A stretch of 64,000 bases of DNA from Candidatus Moraniibacteriota bacterium (GCA_049297495.1 JBAQUL010000015.1:128609-192608), one strand, 5' to 3'. Positions 1 through 8,843 are shown, numbered from the stretch's first letter. Numbers and translations: made by a program. The notes: generated by a model from the letters alone, not told the origin.

Positions 1-464
1 ACGCGATCTTGCGTGGGCATTTTCTTGGTTGTCTTATAATCAATGATTTCAAACCCATCGGGCGTGCGGTCAATCCGGTCAATAATTCCGGAAATAATAT
101 GCTTATTATCCTTCTCTCCGATTTCAATTTGAAAACGTGATTCAAGGTTGACAATATTGAAATCCGCCGGATTATTTTGCCGGAAATAATCCTGGATAAT
201 TTTCACGCCTTGCACAAAAGCAGCACGCTCCTCTTCGGGCGAAGCGAACACGGCCGGATTCCAAGAATTAGAAAAAAACTCCATCGCTTGTTCCAGAGTA
301 GGGGAGAGAATACCTGGTGTGTGGATGAATTTCATTGTCGAATGCAAAATTGTCCCAAATACCGCTTCTTTGGATTTAGGCGTCTTAATTTTGTCGATTT
401 GCTGATATTTATACTTCAATGGGCAGCTTTTATAGGTATCTAGAGCGGAATATGAAATGCGCAT
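1..464 (-). CDS. PD-(D/E)XK nuclease superfamily protein, Cas4/RecB-like, N-terminal part (gene runs off window start)
   Basis: Minus-strand ORF starting ATG at 464 with no stop before position 1. It is absent from the ORF track because it is truncated. Hand translation gives MRISYSALDTYKSCPLKYKYQQIDKIKTPKSKEAVFGTILHSTMKF...GIIDRIDRTPDGFEIIDYKTTKK. These are the N-terminal Cys, the GxIDRID and IIDYKT (D...DYK) motifs typical of RecB-family/Cas4 nucleases. Confidence 0.5.
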   Translation of the reverse strand, partial: MRISYSALDTYKSCPLKYKYQQIDKIKTPKSKEAVFGTILHSTMKFIHTPGILSPTLEQAMEFFSNSWNPAVFASPEEERAAFVQGVKIIQDYFRQNNPADFNIVNLESRFQIEIGEKDNKHIISGIIDRIDRTPDGFEIIDYKTTKKMPTQDR

Positions 465-573
465 AATTTTTTTTAATGCTTAATGTGGGCATTATAGCAC
501 GGCTGGTCAAATAGGGCGAATGGTTGTAGCATAAGAATAGAGGTAGTGGCGGTTAATCTTTTATAAAAATCCT

Positions 574-3500
574 ATGGACAGTAAGAAATGTTTATTTGAT
601 GAGAAGTTTACAAATCTCTATGAATTAAGTAAAACTTTGAAATTCGAGTTAAGGCCGGTTGGGGAAAAAGTCGAATATGTTGATCAAAAAACAGGAGAAA
701 TTCGACAAGTCACAATGACAGAAAAAATGTTACTGGAAAACGGAGTTTTTAATAATGACAAAATTATTCAAGAGAAATATCAAAAGACAAAACCATATTT
801 TGATCGTTTGCATCGAGAGTTTGTTAGAGAATCTTTGGCGGGTGTTTCATTGACGAGTTTGGAGGAATATGAATCCATCCTGGGTGATTGGAAAAATGAC
901 AAGAAAAATAAAGAAAAGCAAAAGAGATTGCAGTTGAGAGAAAGTGGATTAAGAAAACAGGTGGTTAAATTTTTTGATAAAAAGACAACTGAGTGGGCAG
1001 ATAAAAAATATAAACACTTAAAGTTTAAAAATAAAAATACAGACTTATTTTTTGAAGAAGGAATTTTCGCTTTGCTGAAAGAAAAATATGGGGAAGAAAA
1101 AGATGCAAAGATAAGAAATGAAGAAACTGGAAAAGTAATTTCTATTTTTGATTCTTGGAAAGGATTCACCGGATATTTTACCAAATTTCAAGAAACAAGG
1201 AAGAACTTTTACAAAAATGATGGCACAAACACTGCTCTGGCTACTAGAATTATTAATCAAAATTTAAAAAGATTTGTTGATAATTTGCAAGACTTTAAAA
1301 AAGCTAAAGAAAAAATTGATTTTTCCGAGGTAAGAAATAATTTTAAAAAATTAGCAGATGAGGTTTTTTCTTTAGCTTTTTATGATAAATGTCTATTGCA
1401 AACAGATATTGATTTCTATAATCAATTTATCGGAGGAAAAGTGCTTGATAATGGCAAGAAGTTACGAGGAATCAATGAATTGATAAATGAATATCGTCAA
1501 AAAAACAAAGGAGAAAAAATAAACTTTCTTAAATTATTGGATAAACAAATTTTAAGTGAGAAAGAGGAATTTATTGATGAAATTGCTGATGACGTACACC
1601 TGCTGGATGTGCTAAAACTATTTTTGAATAAATCTGAAGAAAAAATTGCCATAATCAAGAATCTGCTTGATGATTTTACTAAAAATAATCAGAACTACGA
1701 TCTTTACAAGGTTTATATTTCTAGGGAGGCTCTTAATACTATTTCCAGAAAATGGACAAATGAAACTGAGCGATTCGAAAAAGCATTGTATGATTCTATG
1801 AAAACAGATAAGCCGCTAGGCTTAAGCTATGACAAAAAAGAAAATACCTATAAATTTCCTGACTTTATCGCGATTGCATATATTAAAAATGCGCTAGCTA
1901 CAGTTTCTAGTGATGAGAATTTTTGGAAAGAAAGATATTATAAAACTGAAGAAAATCCATGGGGATTTTTAGATGAGCATACTAGTAGCTGGAGTCAATT
2001 CTTGGATGTATTTATGTGTGAATTTGAATGGTTACTTAAAAAAGCGACTAACGGAGAAGGTAAGGAGGATAAAGTGATCGGTTTCGATATTTTTAAAAAA
2101 GATTTTGAAAGCTTAATTGGTAAACCTAATTTTTCAGTAAATCAAGAATCTAAAATAATCATTAAAAATTTTGCCGATTCCATTTTAACCATTTACCAGA
2201 TGGCGAAATACTTTGCATTAGAGAAAAAAAGAAGTTGGGTAGATACATATGAATTGGATGATTTCTATACCAATCCAGAAAGAGGCTATTTATTATTTTA
2301 TAGAGATGCCTACGAAGAAATTGTTCAAGTATATAATAAGTTGCGAAATTATCTTACAAAAAAGCCATTTAGTGAAGAAAAATGGAAACTGAATTTTGGA
2401 AATTCAACCCTAGCTAATGGCTGGGATAAAAATAAAGAAAGCGATAACTATACTGTGATATTAGAGAAAGGAGGGAGATATTATCTGGGGGTAATGAATA
2501 GGAGAAGCAATAAGATATTTTCGGATGAAAATAAAAAAATATTTGAAGATGGCTTGTCCGATGGAGGTTACAGAAAAGTTGTTTATAAACTCCTGCCAGG
2601 ACCAAACAAGATGTTACCTAAAGTTTTTTTTAGTGATTCAAGAATAGGATTTTTCAATCCTTCTGAAGAAATACTAAATATTAGAAATCATTCTAGCCAT
2701 ACAAAAGGAGGAGCTCCACAAAAAGGCTTTGAAAAGAAAGAGTTTAATCTAAAAGATTGCCATAGGTTGATAAATTTTTTCAAGAGCTCTTTAGAGAAAC
2801 ATGAAGAATGGAGAGATTTTAATTTTTTATTTTCTGATACGATAGCATATAGAGATAGCAATGATTTTTATAGAGAAGTGGAGCGGGGTGGCTATAAGAT
2901 TTCTTTCCAGGATATTTCAGAAAAATATATCCAAGAAAAAAATAGAAATGGGGAGTTGTATTTATTTGAAATTCATAGTCAAGATTGGAATTTAAAAGAT
3001 GGGAAGAAAAAAGCAAATACAAAAAATTTGCATACTCTTTATTTTGAAAATATTTTTTCTGCGAAAAACATGGCTAAAAATTTCCCAATAAAACTTAACG
3101 GTCAAGCAGAATTATTTTTTAGACCGAAGACAGTAGCAGAAAAATTAGCAAAAAAGGTAGTCAATGGAAAAGAAGTTATCGATCATAAACGATATAACCA
3201 AGATAAAATATTTTTTCATTGTCCAATAACAGTAAATAGGGCGACCGGGAATGTGTATAATTTTAATGCGAAAGTTAATAATTTTCTGGCTGATAATTCA
3301 GGTATGAATATTATCGGCGTTGATCGCGGAGAAAAGCATTTAGCCTATTACTCCGTGATTAAACAGGATGGGGAAGTTATTGAAAGTGGAAGCTTGAATT
3401 CTGTGAACAATATAAATTATGGTGAAAAACTAGAAACAAGAGCGAGAGATAGGGAGCGGGCGCGAAAAGATTGGCAGGGCGTTGAAGATATAAAAAATCT

Positions 3501-4491
3501 AAAGAAAGGCTACATTTCTCAAGTTATTAGAAAATTGGCAGATTTAGCAATTAAGCATAATGCGATTATTGTTTTTGAAGATTTAAATATGCGCTTCAAG
3601 CAAATTCGTGGCGGAATCGAAAAAAGCATCTATCAGCAACTAGAAAAAGCCTTAATCGATAAACTTAGTTTTTTGGTGGATAAGGGCGAGAAAAATCCAG
3701 AGCAAGCCGGACATTTGTTGAAAGCCTATCAATTGGTTGCTCCTTTTGAAACTTTTAAGGATATGGGAAAACAAACGGGAATTATTTTCTACACTCAAGC
3801 AAGCTATACTTCAAAAATTGATCCGGTAACCGGCTGGAGACCAAATTTATATCTAAAGAACACTAATTCGAAAACTAATAAAGAAAATATCCTTAAATTT
3901 GACAAGATAAAATTCAACAAAGAAAAGAACAGATTTGAATTTACCTATGATTTGAGAAAATTCGTAGTTCAAAAAGAATATCCCAAGAAAACAAAATGGA
4001 CATTGTGTAGTTGCGTAGAAAGATTTAGATGGAATAGGGAATTGAATAATAATAAAGGGGGATATGTTAGTTATGAGAATTTTACAATTGAATTTGCTAA
4101 ATTATTCTCTGATGCTTCGATTGATGTTAGTGAAAATATTTTAGAGCAAATTGAAAAAATGGATGCGGTAAAAAATGCAAAGTTTTTCAGAGATTTTATT
4201 TTTAATTTTAGTCTTTTGTGCCAAATAAGGAACACGCAAAAAGAAAAAGAGGGAAATGATAATGATTTCATCTTTTCTCCGGTTGAACCATTTTTCGACA
4301 GTCGCAAGGATAATGGAAATAATTTGCCCAAGAATGGTGATGACAACGGGGCATATAATATTGCTCGAAAAGGAATTGTGATTTTGGAAAAAATTTCTGA
4401 ATTTTATAGCAAAAATAAAACTTGCGATAAAATGGGCTGGGGAGAATTATATATCTCGCATACGGATTGGGATAATTTCGCACAAAAATAA
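574..4491 (+). CDS. cas12a: Type V-A CRISPR effector Cas12a (Cpf1), 1305 aa
   Basis: The N-terminus FTNLYELSKTLKFELRPVG is the conserved WED start. LNFGNSTLANGWDKNKE...YYLGVMN is present. RuvC-I is IGVDRGEKHLAYYSV, RuvC-II is IVFEDLNMRFKQIRGGIEKSIYQQLEKALIDKL, and RuvC-III/Nuc is DDNGAYNIARKG. A Cas12a-type CRISPR array lies immediately downstream on the same strand. Confidence 0.95.
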   Translation: MDSKKCLFDEKFTNLYELSKTLKFELRPVGEKVEYVDQKTGEIRQVTMTEKMLLENGVFNNDKIIQEKYQKTKPYFDRLHREFVRESLAGVSLTSLEEYESILGDWKNDKKNKEKQKRLQLRESGLRKQVVKFFDKKTTEWADKKYKHLKFKNKNTDLFFEEGIFALLKEKYGEEKDAKIRNEETGKVISIFDSWKGFTGYFTKFQETRKNFYKNDGTNTALATRIINQNLKRFVDNLQDFKKAKEKIDFSEVRNNFKKLADEVFSLAFYDKCLLQTDIDFYNQFIGGKVLDNGKKLRGINELINEYRQKNKGEKINFLKLLDKQILSEKEEFIDEIADDVHLLDVLKLFLNKSEEKIAIIKNLLDDFTKNNQNYDLYKVYISREALNTISRKWTNETERFEKALYDSMKTDKPLGLSYDKKENTYKFPDFIAIAYIKNALATVSSDENFWKERYYKTEENPWGFLDEHTSSWSQFLDVFMCEFEWLLKKATNGEGKEDKVIGFDIFKKDFESLIGKPNFSVNQESKIIIKNFADSILTIYQMAKYFALEKKRSWVDTYELDDFYTNPERGYLLFYRDAYEEIVQVYNKLRNYLTKKPFSEEKWKLNFGNSTLANGWDKNKESDNYTVILEKGGRYYLGVMNRRSNKIFSDENKKIFEDGLSDGGYRKVVYKLLPGPNKMLPKVFFSDSRIGFFNPSEEILNIRNHSSHTKGGAPQKGFEKKEFNLKDCHRLINFFKSSLEKHEEWRDFNFLFSDTIAYRDSNDFYREVERGGYKISFQDISEKYIQEKNRNGELYLFEIHSQDWNLKDGKKKANTKNLHTLYFENIFSAKNMAKNFPIKLNGQAELFFRPKTVAEKLAKKVVNGKEVIDHKRYNQDKIFFHCPITVNRATGNVYNFNAKVNNFLADNSGMNIIGVDRGEKHLAYYSVIKQDGEVIESGSLNSVNNINYGEKLETRARDRERARKDWQGVEDIKNLKKGYISQVIRKLADLAIKHNAIIVFEDLNMRFKQIRGGIEKSIYQQLEKALIDKLSFLVDKGEKNPEQAGHLLKAYQLVAPFETFKDMGKQTGIIFYTQASYTSKIDPVTGWRPNLYLKNTNSKTNKENILKFDKIKFNKEKNRFEFTYDLRKFVVQKEYPKKTKWTLCSCVERFRWNRELNNNKGGYVSYENFTIEFAKLFSDASIDVSENILEQIEKMDAVKNAKFFRDFIFNFSLLCQIRNTQKEKEGNDNDFIFSPVEPFFDSRKDNGNNLPKNGDDNGAYNIARKGIVILEKISEFYSKNKTCDKMGWGELYISHTDWDNFAQK

Positions 4492-4811
4492 AGAAAATAA
4501 AAGAAAATAAAATCTTTACAAATAATGATAGTGTGATAATATATGGAGTATGCGAGGGGTGCGAAAAGAAAATTATCCGTTATGAGCATCCCGTGCAAGA
4601 GGAACAGCCAGTTATTTTTTTCGGCTAGGTAAGAACTTTAAAAAATTAAATAAAGGTGTAAATCTTTATGCGGGTATTAAATTAGACATTATATTGTATT
4701 ATGCAAAACCTCAGTTTTCATAAAACTGAAAAAGCTTATCTGAGCCAAAAAGTCGTAGCTAGCCTTAGGGCGCTATTTGTATCTTTTTGGCTTAGATTAA
4801 ACATTTCGAGA
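4492..4811 (+). promoter_or_regulatory. Putative CRISPR leader, AT-rich, between cas12a stop and first repeat
   Basis: 320 bp AT-rich non-coding stretch directly upstream of repeat 1. The degenerate terminal repeat is at the far end of the array, placing the leader here. It contains short direct repeats (aagaaaataaa x2) and a hairpin cagttttcataaaactg. Confidence 0.5.
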
Positions 4812-5480
4812 GTCTAATACCAATATAAGATTTCTACTTTTGTAGATACCAGATATACTAAGTGGCTTAATATAGTCTAATGCCAATATGAGATTTCTAC
4901 TTTTGTAGATGGACATTTACATATCTGGTTAAGGTGTGTCTAATACCAATATAGGATTTCTACTTTTGTAGATACCAAGGGAGGCGTTACTCACGCCTTT
5001 AGTCGAATACCAATATAAGATTTCTACTTTTGTAGATCTAGCTTCTTGTATAAGAGGGTTTTCAGTCTAATGCCAATATAATATTTCTACTTTTGTAGAT
5101 AGCATTGGCGTTAATTATTAACCAAAACGTCTAATACCAATATAAGATTTCTACTTTTGTAGATAGTGGCTTAATAAAATAATATGCTTTGGGGTCTAAT
5201 ACCAATATAAGATTTCTACTTTCGTAGATTCCTTCCAAGTAGTTGTTCTATTTGAGAATAAAATCAACATAATATTTCTACTTTTGTAGATCCGTCTGAG
5301 TTTAACCAGTCCTACCAGTCTAATACCAATATAAGATTTCTACTTTTGTAGATTTAGTCCTCCAGGAGAGGAAACCTTTGAGTCTAATACCAATATAAGA
5401 TTTCTACTTTTGTAGATATCGTATCTTGGCGGACTTCCTTGATAGTCTAATGCCTATATAATATTTCTACTTTCCTAGAT
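4812..5480 (+). CRISPR. CRISPR array, 11 repeats of 36 nt with 10 spacers of 26-29 nt, Cas12a-type repeat
   Basis: Consensus repeat is GTCTAATACCAATATAAGATTTCTACTTTTGTAGAT. Repeat starts are 4812, 4875, 4938, 5002, 5065, 5129, 5194, 5256, 5318, 5382 and 5445. Spacer lengths are 27, 27, 28, 27, 28, 29, 26, 26, 28 and 27. The 3' handle UCUACUUUUGUAGAU is the Cas12a crRNA stem-loop in + orientation. Repeat 8 (5256..5291) is degenerate in its 5' half. Terminal repeat 11 (5445..5480) is degenerate, including the stem change GTAGAT to CTAGAT. Confidence 0.95.
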
Positions 5481-5590
5481 GCTACAATAACCCGTTTCTA
5501 GGGCCTTTTTAGTAATTTTTCAGCAAGATTTGACAGATTATCCAAAGAGGCTATACTTAAAGCATACTAAATTGGTATGTATTAACAGTT

Positions 5591-5974
5591 ATGCAATTCT
5601 CAACTAAAGCTGAATATGGTTTGCGAGCGATGGTTGCTTTGGCGCGCGCCTATCCGGCCCAAAAAAACATCACCGAAATTTCTCAGGAGGAAAATATTTC
5701 TGCCAAATATCTGGAAACACTAATCGGAAAGTTGCGGAAAAATAATTTGGTCAAAAGCCAGAAAGGCAAAAGCGGGGGATATACCCTCATTAAAAATCCA
5801 AAAAATATTTCCGCCGGAGAAATCATTGAAATTATGGAAGGACCGATTGTTTCCAAGTGTGATGGGAGCAATTGTATGAAAGCAAAAGTTTGCGCGTCCA
5901 GTCTCGTTTGGAACAAACTCGCGTTTCAAATTAAAAAAACTTTATTTGCAATTAAATTAAGTGAATTAATATAG
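5591..5974 (+). CDS. Rrf2-family transcriptional regulator (IscR-like)
   Basis: MQFSTKAEYGLRAMVALA...LVKSQKGKSGGYTL matches the Rrf2 wHTH consensus. The C-terminal Cx5Cx5C (CDGSNCMKAKVC) resembles the IscR cluster ligands. It lies upstream of iscS-iscU. Confidence 0.8.
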   Translation: MQFSTKAEYGLRAMVALARAYPAQKNITEISQEENISAKYLETLIGKLRKNNLVKSQKGKSGGYTLIKNPKNISAGEIIEIMEGPIVSKCDGSNCMKAKVCASSLVWNKLAFQIKKTLFAIKLSELI

Positions 5975-6010
5975 TGTAGGTACTTGCGCATTTGCCTAAA
6001 AAACAAACCG

Positions 6011-6149
6011 TGTCATCCTGAGCGAAGTCTGTACTCAGACGCAGTCGAAGGATCTACCAACCGTAACCCATAGCTTTCTATTTAATAGCAGGGCTTACGA
6101 TAATGGAAAGTAGATCCTTCGACTTCGCTCCGATTTGCTCAGGATGACA
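6011..6149. repeat. 139-nt imperfect inverted-repeat (long hairpin) element in the rrf2-iscS intergenic region
   Basis: The left arm is tgtcatcctgagc + gaag ... gtcgaaggatcta (6011..6056). The right arm is tagatccttcgac + cttc ... gctcaggatgaca (6111..6149). The inner stem is a perfect 13 bp and the outer stem about 17 bp with asymmetric internal loops. The central loop is 54 nt. Confidence 0.4.
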
Positions 6150-6174
6150 AATTTAATTCAAGTGTGTAAATCCT

Positions 6175-7413
6175 ATGAATAAACTTATGGCTAACAAAAA
6201 AATATATCTCGATTACGCAGCAACAACTCCAGTCGATGCAGAGGTGCTAAAAACAATGCTGCCATATTTCAGTGATGAATTTGGTAATGCCTCGTCTCTT
6301 CATTCGTTTGGACGAAACGCGGCCGATGCGGTTACTACAGCCAGAGAAAACTTAGCTAATTTTTTCAAGTGTAATGAAGAAGAAATTATTTTCACTAGTG
6401 GAGCAACTGAATCGAATAATCTGGCTATTAAAGGTGTCTTGCGCGCGTACAATAAAAATAAAATAAACAAAGGAAAGATTCCACATATCATCACGACTGT
6501 TTTTGAGCATAGTTGCGTTTTGAAAACTTGTCAAAAAATGGAAAAAGAGGGGAGCGCGGAGGTGACTTATCTTCCGGTCTATGTCGATGGAATTATTAAG
6601 GTATCTGACCTGGAAAAAGCCCTTAAGGAAAACACGATACTCATGTCTATCATGTATGTAAATAATGAAATTGGCACCGTGCAACCAATCGCGCAAATTG
6701 GAAAACTTTTGGCACACCTTAACGAAAAGCGAGCAGAAAAAATAATTTTCCACACTGATGCGACACAAGCTGTGGCCTATTTCGACACAAACGTCAAAAG
6801 ATTAGGCGCTGATTTGCTTTCGATGTCGGCGCATAAGATCTATGGCCCCAAGGGTGTTGGTATATTATATGTCAAAAAAGGCACCAAAATCACCCAGATT
6901 CAAGACGGCGGAGCACAAGAATTTGCTCTGCGTGCCGGAACGCTCAATTCAACTGGCATTATTGGTCTGGGTAAAGCCATTGAGGTACTCGAGAAAAGCA
7001 AGAAAAAAGAAGTCAAAAAAATCAAAGAATTGCGAGATTATCTAATCAAGAAAGTCTTAAAAGAAATTCCTAATGTTCGCTTGAACGGCTCACGTTCAAA
7101 AAGATCGCCCAATAATGCCAATTTTAGCTTTGCGGACGTGGAAGGGGAAAGTCTTCTTTTATACCTCGACGCTGAAGGCATCGCCGTTTCCACTGGTTCC
7201 GCCTGTTCCTCTGGCTCGCTTAGTCCATCCCACGTCCTTCTTGCCCTTGGCCTAAAACCAGAACAAGCCCACGGATCACTGCGTGTGACTCTCGGGAAAT
7301 ATACCGCAAAAAAAGAGCTAACCATTTTCGTCTCGAAGCTAAAAAAAGTTTTGGAAAAACTGCGAAAAGTTTCCGGAGAAATTTTGAAAGAATATTATTC
7401 CAAGAAAAAATAA
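6175..7413 (+). CDS. iscS: Cysteine desulfurase (IscS/NifS family)
   Basis: The PLP-lysine motif SAHKIYGPKGVGILYV and the active-site Cys loop STGSACSSGSLSPSHVLLALG are present. Confidence 0.9.
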   Translation: MNKLMANKKIYLDYAATTPVDAEVLKTMLPYFSDEFGNASSLHSFGRNAADAVTTARENLANFFKCNEEEIIFTSGATESNNLAIKGVLRAYNKNKINKGKIPHIITTVFEHSCVLKTCQKMEKEGSAEVTYLPVYVDGIIKVSDLEKALKENTILMSIMYVNNEIGTVQPIAQIGKLLAHLNEKRAEKIIFHTDATQAVAYFDTNVKRLGADLLSMSAHKIYGPKGVGILYVKKGTKITQIQDGGAQEFALRAGTLNSTGIIGLGKAIEVLEKSKKKEVKKIKELRDYLIKKVLKEIPNVRLNGSRSKRSPNNANFSFADVEGESLLLYLDAEGIAVSTGSACSSGSLSPSHVLLALGLKPEQAHGSLRVTLGKYTAKKELTIFVSKLKKVLEKLRKVSGEILKEYYSKKK

Positions 7414-7451
7414 ATTTCGCATTTTTTGTAATTTCGTAGTAAATAAAATAT

Positions 7452-7835
7452 ATGAACTATTCTAAAGAGGTGATTGATCATTTCACATCTCCCCATAATC
7501 AAGGAGTAATTGCTAACCCGGATGGTGTCGGCATGGTTGGCAATCCAACTTGCGGAGACCTCATGAAGATCTACATCAAAGTCAAAAAAGACGCAAAAAA
7601 GGGAGAGATTATTTCTGCTATCAAATTTGAAACGCTTGGCTGTGCCAGTGCAATTGCAACATCTTCCATGATTACCGATCTCGCCAAAGGCAAGACTATC
7701 AAGGAAGCCAGTAAAATTACTCGCGATGATGTGGCAAAAGCCCTTGACGGCTTGCCGCCAATTAAAATGCATTGCTCTAATTTAGCGAGCGAAGCATTGC
7801 TCGCCGCAATTAAAAACTATCAAGAGAAAAAATGA
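7452..7835 (+). CDS. iscU: Fe-S cluster assembly scaffold (IscU/NifU-like)
   Basis: The three conserved Cys are in NPTCGDLMK, LGCASAIATSS and MHCSNLASEAL, typical of IscU. Confidence 0.85.
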   Translation: MNYSKEVIDHFTSPHNQGVIANPDGVGMVGNPTCGDLMKIYIKVKKDAKKGEIISAIKFETLGCASAIATSSMITDLAKGKTIKEASKITRDDVAKALDGLPPIKMHCSNLASEALLAAIKNYQEKK

Positions 7836-8413
7836 TAACAAAAATGGAAAATAACGCTATCTTACTTCAAAAAACCAAAGAGCTTATGCTAGGAATCATC
7901 GCGCAAAATGGTTCTGATCCATGGTGCCTCACAAGCCACCTTCCAGAAGCCCAAAAGTGGGCACGATTCCTTACTATGAATCATCCCGAAGCGGATAGCG
8001 AAGTAGTCGTTCTTTCTGTGTGGCTGCATGACAGCGGACATTATCCGATTACTCCCGAAGACCATGCAATCAAAAGCGAAAAAATTGCCAAGGATTTTTT
8101 AGAAAAGGAAAAATTTAATCCAGCAAAGTTGGCACTAGTTTTGCATTGCGTAAGGGCACATCGATGCAAGGATGTTCAACCAGAATCACTAGAAGCGAAA
8201 ATTTTAGCTTGCGCTGATTCCGCAAGTCATATGACAGACTCATCAATGTATCCAAGTATGCTAAGGGATAAAAGGGCAGTACTTACTCTCGAAAAACTCG
8301 AGAGAGATTATCGTGACACTAAATCATTCCCAGAGGTTCAAGAAAAACTCAAGGATTTTTATGAAGCCTGGAAAAAAATACTAACTGCGTATATTAAATT
8401 AGATTTAGAATAA
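7832..8413 (+). CDS. HD-domain phosphohydrolase
   Basis: H...HD metal-binding pattern (LHDSGHY). Start overlaps the iscU stop by 4 nt. Confidence 0.55.
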   Translation: MITKMENNAILLQKTKELMLGIIAQNGSDPWCLTSHLPEAQKWARFLTMNHPEADSEVVVLSVWLHDSGHYPITPEDHAIKSEKIAKDFLEKEKFNPAKLALVLHCVRAHRCKDVQPESLEAKILACADSASHMTDSSMYPSMLRDKRAVLTLEKLERDYRDTKSFPEVQEKLKDFYEAWKKILTAYIKLDLE

Positions 8414-8417
8414 ATTT

Positions 8418-8843
8418 ATGTCTAACATTAAAACTCGTTTCGTAAGACCTGATGATGAAAAGCAGATCATTGCGCTGCTCAAAGAAATGACCGATAAGCC
8501 AATCAACTTTCAAATTGAAAATGTCATTGAAGACAAAAACTGTCATGCAATTGTTCTAGAAAATGAGAATGAAGAGGTTATTGGTTTCGGCGCATTAGTA
8601 GTTCACCTAGTTCCCGCCTTTGGTTATGTAGGCAGTATCGAAGATGTCGTCGTAGGGGAGACTTTTCGTGGACAAGGTCTCGGGGGAAAACTAATGGATG
8701 AACTCATTAGAGTTGCCAAGGATCAAAAGGTTATTCATATTAATCTAACTAGCAGGCCAGAAAGAGTCGCATCCCATAAACTTTATTTGAAAAAAGGATT
8801 TTTTTTAAGAGACACCGGCGTATATCGATTGAACTTGGAATAG
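8418..8843 (+). CDS. GNAT family N-acetyltransferase
   Basis: Acetyl-CoA binding motif RGQGLGGKLMDEL (Q/RxxGxG/A). Confidence 0.75.
   Translation: MSNIKTRFVRPDDEKQIIALLKEMTDKPINFQIENVIEDKNCHAIVLENENEEVIGFGALVVHLVPAFGYVGSIEDVVVGETFRGQGLGGKLMDELIRVAKDQKVIHINLTSRPERVASHKLYLKKGFFLRDTGVYRLNLE

Noticed and set aside
177-443. 88-aa + strand ORF upstream of cas12a
   Set aside because: It lies entirely antisense to the better-supported minus-strand Cas4/RecB-like nuclease gene (1..464), whose translation shows conserved nuclease motifs. It is likely a shadow ORF.
780-4598. Multiple 60-134-aa minus-strand ORFs inside cas12a (780..1184, 1045..1260, 2414..2605, 2819..3022, 4071..4346, 4268..4483, 4404..4598)
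   Set aside because: These are antisense to a clearly conserved Cas12a reading frame, with low-complexity translations typical of AT-rich shadow ORFs.
4812-5480. Self-targeting CRISPR spacers
   Set aside because: I scanned by eye for the 10 spacer sequences elsewhere in the window and found no match. I cannot do an exhaustive search, so this is unverified rather than excluded.
5975-6174. Interpreting the 6011..6149 hairpin as a simple rho-independent terminator of rrf2
   Set aside because: There is no U/T-run after the stem. The stem is far longer than a terminator and is interrupted by large internal loops.
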